Notes under the pieces: generated by a model
What the model saw: the letters and a program-made list of their open reading frames with translations, nothing else
What the model was told of the DNA's origin: nothing
Databases searched by the model: none
Translations under genes and position numbers: made by a program
In this document: in pieces, positions 59,363 to 64,000 of the stretch
Numbering within the stretch: position 1 is the first letter of the stretch
Layout: every line of letters starts with the position of its first letter
IMG/VR virus record: IMGVR_UViG_3300025102_007089
Span: 1-64,000 of that record
Length of the DNA stretch: 64,000 nucleotides
Source of the DNA: a virus
Strand: one strand, 5' to 3'

Positions 59363-60687
59363 TAGTCTATATCATCATCTATTTCAGTTCCAGGTCCTAC
59401 ATAAGTCTTTACACATTGTATACTATTATGATATGTATCTCCTAAAAATTTATGCCTACACTTAGTAACTAGCCACCGACCAAGTAATTTTTTATCTACA
59501 TCTACAGGATCATCTGTTCTATAAATATCAATAAATTTACCAGCCGATCTATCAGTATCACCTAAAACTCCTATATTAAGAGTTAAATTATAAAATACTA
59601 AATTTGAAGTCATTTCTGCTTCTGAAAGATTAGAAGTTTTTTGAAGAGAAAAAGGAGTACTTATAGTTCTAAACATTTCTTCTTTCTTATGCTTGTTTAA
59701 AGGTAAGAAAGGTTTGGGCTTACCACCTGTACTCTTAAAAACATCTACAAAGCTCTTAGTCCATTTCTCTTTTACCTCTTTTATTCTTTTTTCTCTCATT
59801 CCATGTTCTCCTAAAATTGGATCATAGCCTACAGATAAAAAATTCATAAAAAATTCATTGCTATAATCAAGCATAGGTGTAGTAAAATTTGTTTGAGGTA
59901 ACTGAGTTTTATATACATTTACCTCTGCGTCTGGAGGGGGATTATTCTTGTTAGGTTTTATCTTATCAACTAAGTCATTAGCTGCAAACCCTTCTAAAAT
60001 ATTGTCTTTATTTTCTTTAAATATTTTCGTTAACGGAGTTAAATTATATTTTTTAGCTTCTCTATCGAATCGTAAAAAAGATCTTGTAACTATATCTTCA
60101 TCTTCAAAGTAATAAATTTGAAGAAGATATTTTATAAGATCTGAATATCTAAAAGATGTAGGGGGTAAAATATGCTCAGGGAATATATCAATAGAATGAG
60201 AGCCTGGTTCAAAGTTTTCTTCATCTATTATATCTTCCCCTAAAATATCTTTTAATATTTGTTTAATTATATCACCTACCAATCCTCTAAATCTAGTACC
60301 ATAAGGTATAACTTCATTTAGTTTAAAATACTTATCATCTAACAAGCTATATATTTTATAATTACCACCTCTATCTCTCTTAGCTGGGCTATTAACTTCA
60401 TCGTTTAAAACAAAATTATATTCGAGCTTTTTACCACCCTGTTTATTTTTGAGTGAAAATGTAAACGTATCACGCCCATCACCTCTTGTTACTATATTAT
60501 TATCAATAAAATCGTAAGGATTATTAATCATAATTTGAGCATTTTGAAAAGGCTCAAGTAAATTCTCACTCAAATCAAGAAGCTTTATCGCTGATTTAGT
60601 AAAACTTTGCTTAGTTTCTCCTTCAGCATCCTTTAAAAGAAACTCACACTCATAATCAGCTCCATTAATTTTAAAAACTTCACTCAT
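59362..60687 (-). CDS. Baseplate hub / tail protein (gp27-like)
   Basis: L.L.E....PF..A.I.I, GD..R.AGKFI.I, G.WLVTK.RH.F....Y; downstream of gp53. Confidence 0.6.
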   Translation of the reverse strand: MSEVFKINGADYECEFLLKDAEGETKQSFTKSAIKLLDLSENLLEPFQNAQIMINNPYDFIDNNIVTRGDGRDTFTFSLKNKQGGKKLEYNFVLNDEVNSPAKRDRGGNYKIYSLLDDKYFKLNEVIPYGTRFRGLVGDIIKQILKDILGEDIIDEENFEPGSHSIDIFPEHILPPTSFRYSDLIKYLLQIYYFEDEDIVTRSFLRFDREAKKYNLTPLTKIFKENKDNILEGFAANDLVDKIKPNKNNPPPDAEVNVYKTQLPQTNFTTPMLDYSNEFFMNFLSVGYDPILGEHGMREKRIKEVKEKWTKSFVDVFKSTGGKPKPFLPLNKHKKEEMFRTISTPFSLQKTSNLSEAEMTSNLVFYNLTLNIGVLGDTDRSAGKFIDIYRTDDPVDVDKKLLGRWLVTKCRHKFLGDTYHNSIQCVKTYVGPGTEIDDDID

Positions 60688-61097
60688 TAGAAATGTCTAT
60701 TATCGAAGACAGTACTTTCAGTAATATTATTATACACTAGTGTTCTGAATTCTGGTTTAATAAATGATACTTGTGTACCTCCTTTTAGAAAGAAACTCTT
60801 ACCTATAGTTTTCTTATTCACGAGATATATTAACCACCAGCTATCTATATCACCGTAAATATTAAAGGAAGCAGTAGTAAGAGGTTCATTAGACTTAGCT
60901 GTATAAAGATCGAGTAAATCAGCTTGAAGATTTTCAGGAAATTCTATCTTATTTAAAATATTATAAAAATAAAATTGTTTATCTTTTGAAGCAGCAGTAT
61001 GAACTTTGAATATACGCTCGTACCTTTCGATTGGTAAGCTAGATAAAGCTGGTATATCTTCTTGATACTCTCCTAATTTTCCAGTTAATTTTTTCAT
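60687..61097 (-). CDS. gp53: Baseplate wedge subunit gp53-like
   Basis: Y....E.....S..IYGD...WWLIYLVN. Confidence 0.7.
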   Translation of the reverse strand: MKKLTGKLGEYQEDIPALSSLPIERYERIFKVHTAASKDKQFYFYNILNKIEFPENLQADLLDLYTAKSNEPLTTASFNIYGDIDSWWLIYLVNKKTIGKSFFLKGGTQVSFIKPEFRTLVYNNITESTVFDNRHF

Positions 61098-61882
61098 ACT
61101 TTTTCTAAGAAGTTTGCAACTTCCACGGTTAGTGATCTAAATGTCATGCTACAATTAAAACCTTCAGGTACTATTTCATCTCCTATTTTTCTTCTAGTAC
61201 CCAATAAATCAAATGATAAATCTTGTAAATAAGCCCATTCTATGAATCTTAACCCTGGTACTTTTATTTTATAAATAGCTGGAAAACTCATAGCAATAGC
61301 ATTTTCTCTCTCAGGTCTATTTATTTCTATAAATTTTTTAATAAACTCTATATTCTTATCTTTATCTCCTTCATCTATAGTATTAAGTAAGGGGAATTGA
61401 ATTTGAAGTGGTGCATCAGTATTAGCGTACTGGTAAAATTTAGGCGTTTCAATATACGAGCCCGGTGTTTCAGACTGTCCTCCTTCAAGTGTACCTTGAA
61501 GCTCTCTTATAGTAGCTGCTACACCCATTATGTTTTCCGCTACATCCTTAAGTTTTTCTAGAGCGGCTCTTCCAACAGTAGCTTGCCCTCTATCAGTAAC
61601 GTTAGATAATGTATCAGCGTACTCATTACTAAAAGATCTAAAATTATCATTAAAGTAAGGGAAGTGATAGTCTTCTAATTTTTCTCCTTTGTATAAATTT
61701 TTATAAAACTCATCAGCACTACCACCTTTCTTTACAACATTCATATAACCATCTACAGTTTGTTTGAGCTGTGAAGTTTTAAGTTTGTAAGCCCTAACAT
61801 AAGCTAACGGGGCTTCATTACGAAGCTGTGAACCTTTAGGTGACGAGGTCCACGAGTAATCCTTTACTATATTAACGGCCAT
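61094..61882 (-). CDS. Tail-tube initiator/cap (gp48/gp54-like)
   Basis: Tube-fold pattern (IQFPLLNT, FPAIYKI.VPG, L.DLSF); synteny. Confidence 0.5.
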   Translation of the reverse strand: MAVNIVKDYSWTSSPKGSQLRNEAPLAYVRAYKLKTSQLKQTVDGYMNVVKKGGSADEFYKNLYKGEKLEDYHFPYFNDNFRSFSNEYADTLSNVTDRGQATVGRAALEKLKDVAENIMGVAATIRELQGTLEGGQSETPGSYIETPKFYQYANTDAPLQIQFPLLNTIDEGDKDKNIEFIKKFIEINRPERENAIAMSFPAIYKIKVPGLRFIEWAYLQDLSFDLLGTRRKIGDEIVPEGFNCSMTFRSLTVEVANFLEKV

Positions 61883-61893
61883 ATATATATTTA

Positions 61894-63711
61894 TTACGCG
61901 ACGCTAATACTATACGGAGATAAACTGTAATCTGCTCGAGAATCAGGTATTTCTCCATCGTTATTAATAGGTGATCTATTATTACCCGAATTCATAGTCA
62001 TCGGCGAAGAGGATTGTGTTTGTTTTTTAGCTGTTTCTAAATTTAAAATTTTCATTTCTGAATGAATAGCTTTTAAAAATGAGGCTTGCTGCTTATTAAC
62101 TGACAACATTAGTTCATTAACGTGAACTAGTTTTTCCATTAACTTAGTTGAAAAATCAGGTAAAGTAATCTCTCGCGTTATATTAATATCCTTACCTTCT
62201 ATTTCTACTGCATCACTCTCATCATCATCTCCCTTAAAGAAATCAACTATACCACCTATAAACTTCTTTGCTCCACCTGCTATACCTTTTGCTATATCTA
62301 GAATTTTTCCAGGTATACCAAAAAGCATATCTTTAACAAAACCAAATATATTTTTTATTGTATCGAACGACGGAAAAGGTATATTTTCTCCTAGCCACGA
62401 ACCTAAGTTTTTTACAGCATTAAATACACCGTCAATGACACTTGTTATAGCGTTACCTACAAAACTAAAAGCATTTTTAGCAGTTTCTAGTATTTTTTCA
62501 AAACTAAAATTACTAAACCATTCTTCAAAGAATTCAAAGATTGAATCTTTTATATTAATAAAAAACTGACCTATTTTGGATCCTATATCACTAATAAATT
62601 TCTTGATAGTACCAAAGCTTGGAAAGCTTATATTTGGTGGTTTTTCTACACCCTTTAAAAAATCAATTATAAATCCTACGCCATTAATCACCATATCAGC
62701 GCCTTTAGCTCCTAACCCGTATGCTAAAATAGATCTACCGAATAAAGTAAATCCTTCCTTAAAGTCACCTCTAAAAAAGGCTTGTAAAGACTCGTAACCT
62801 AATACTAAACCTCCAAATATTGGTAAGTTTCTTAAATTTTTGCTTATAAAGCCCCCTATCTTACTCGCTATATCTTTTAAGAACCCGCCTACCCCTTTTA
62901 TTTTATTATCGAATTTTTTACTACCATCTTCTTCAGTACCCATCAAATCTCTTGCAAGAATAATACCTTCTAGAGCCATACCTATTAAGAAGAATGGTGG
63001 TGGTAATATTCCCCCTAATCCTGCAAGTATCTCTAAAATACCTCCAAAGATATCACCCTCTTTAAACCGCATTATTGCAAAACCAAAGTTTATTAAAGAG
63101 CCTATAAAAGGAATAAATTTTAAAACTTTAAATATTTTACCACCAACTTTACCAGCTATACCCATTAAAAATTTAGCTCCAGGCATTTTAGCTATTAATT
63201 TAGCTATTTTACCTTTACTAAAAAACTTGACTATATCATCTCCAACTTTAAACAGAAAATCAAAAACCGGTCCTAAAAATTTAAATGCTGCTAAAAGACG
63301 TTCTTGTAAAGGAGATAATTTATCTTTTAAGAACATAGCTAATGCTATAACTCCTGCTATTATTAATCCTATAGTACCTATTAAACCTAAACTAGCCTTT
63401 TTACCTGCTTTAGTCTGAGCTGCAGCTTTACCTGCAGGTGTGGAAGCATCTTGTTGAACATCTGTCTTTAAAGCGGTATCATCTTCATTAGCTTCTTTTA
63501 CCTTCTGAAAAGTTTCGGCAAATATAGTAGCTACTTTTGTATAAAAAATCTTGTTAGTACCGGAATTTGGATCAGGTCTTTTTTGCCTTTTCCCGAAAGT
63601 AGATGCTTCACTTCTTATAACTTTTTCGCTAGTTTCCTCACCACTAACTTTAGCTGCGTCGTTTAAAGCACCTATTGCATCTCCTAAAAGCTCGTCATCG
63701 ATTTCTGCCAT
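61894..63711 (-). CDS. Tape-measure-like protein
   Basis: G/F/I-rich amphipathic repeats, LKFIPFIGSLI, hydrophobic segments. Confidence 0.65.
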   Translation of the reverse strand: MAEIDDELLGDAIGALNDAAKVSGEETSEKVIRSEASTFGKRQKRPDPNSGTNKIFYTKVATIFAETFQKVKEANEDDTALKTDVQQDASTPAGKAAAQTKAGKKASLGLIGTIGLIIAGVIALAMFLKDKLSPLQERLLAAFKFLGPVFDFLFKVGDDIVKFFSKGKIAKLIAKMPGAKFLMGIAGKVGGKIFKVLKFIPFIGSLINFGFAIMRFKEGDIFGGILEILAGLGGILPPPFFLIGMALEGIILARDLMGTEEDGSKKFDNKIKGVGGFLKDIASKIGGFISKNLRNLPIFGGLVLGYESLQAFFRGDFKEGFTLFGRSILAYGLGAKGADMVINGVGFIIDFLKGVEKPPNISFPSFGTIKKFISDIGSKIGQFFINIKDSIFEFFEEWFSNFSFEKILETAKNAFSFVGNAITSVIDGVFNAVKNLGSWLGENIPFPSFDTIKNIFGFVKDMLFGIPGKILDIAKGIAGGAKKFIGGIVDFFKGDDDESDAVEIEGKDINITREITLPDFSTKLMEKLVHVNELMLSVNKQQASFLKAIHSEMKILNLETAKKQTQSSSPMTMNSGNNRSPINNDGEIPDSRADYSLSPYSISVA

Positions 63712-63725
63712 TTACCTACATATAT

Positions 63726-64000
63726 TTAGGTAGTAGCATCGAAAAAGGAGGGGTCTAAGGTAATAGTTTTATCGTTAACAGTTAATACACTCTTAATGTA
63801 GCTATCGATACTGTTAAAAAATTTAGATAATTCTTTATAAACTGAAAGGGGTAAATTTTCCACCACTTTAGTTCTATCAGCTATTTTTAAATCTTCAAAT
63901 TTTAATGAATAGTCTTCTCCAATATCTACTTCTTCAATATACTTTATAAGTTCAAAGAGATAAATTATACCGAAACTATCACTAGTAGAGGCGGTTTTTT
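63726..64000 (-). CDS. Baseplate hub assembly protein gp26-like (5'-partial)
   Basis: Open frame ...ELIKYIEEV...VVENLPLSVYKEL.KF...LDPSFFDATT*. Confidence 0.5.
   Translation of the reverse strand, partial: KTASTSDSFGIIYLFELIKYIEEVDIGEDYSLKFEDLKIADRTKVVENLPLSVYKELSKFFNSIDSYIKSVLTVNDKTITLDPSFFDATT

Noticed and set aside
62576-63733. Antisense ORFs such as 62840-63418, 39179-39586, 38492-38800, 21916-22164 and 3684-3959
   Set aside because: Shadows of well-supported genes on the opposite strand, with no motifs or promoters of their own
1-64000. Genome-wide reassignment of TGA or TAG
   Set aside because: Core genes are intact in code 11, and TGA ends many genes cleanly (uvsW at 11997, 25146, several ATGA overlaps); only 54592 shows a long coding-like continuation
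1-64000. CRISPR array, tRNA genes, IS elements or inteins
   Set aside because: No regularly spaced repeats, cloverleaves or transposases noticed; gp43, gp41 and UvsX have normal lengths. This was a manual scan only

Overview
A 64-kb AT-rich, densely coding segment of a large T4-like myophage genome. The + strand mostly carries replication and recombination genes (uvsY, uvsW, gp55, gp47/46, gp43, uvsX, gp41, gp32, gp45, rnh, gp61). These are interleaved with 7-deazaguanine-pathway genes (folE2, a queC lacking three of its four Zn-binding cysteines, a class II amidotransferase), glycosyltransferases and hsp20. The - strand mostly carries late genes: a cluster of probable capsid-packaged internal proteins (1-10 kb) and tail fibre, baseplate and tape-measure genes (36.7-64 kb). 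The top finding is a late gene (54259-54789) with an in-frame UGA. The UGA sits in an H-D-U-A-x-H motif, is followed by 64 more sense codons, and has a bacterial SECIS-like hairpin directly downstream, making this a candidate phage selenoprotein. Other findings: promoters sit 5-8 nt from start codons throughout, implying leaderless mRNAs; there is an unidentified ~190-nt structured RNA after hsp20; several basic proteins look like EDxE-punctuated polyproteins; and a Verrucomicrobia-type secreted protein hints at the host. All family assignments come from motifs recognised by eye; no searches were run.
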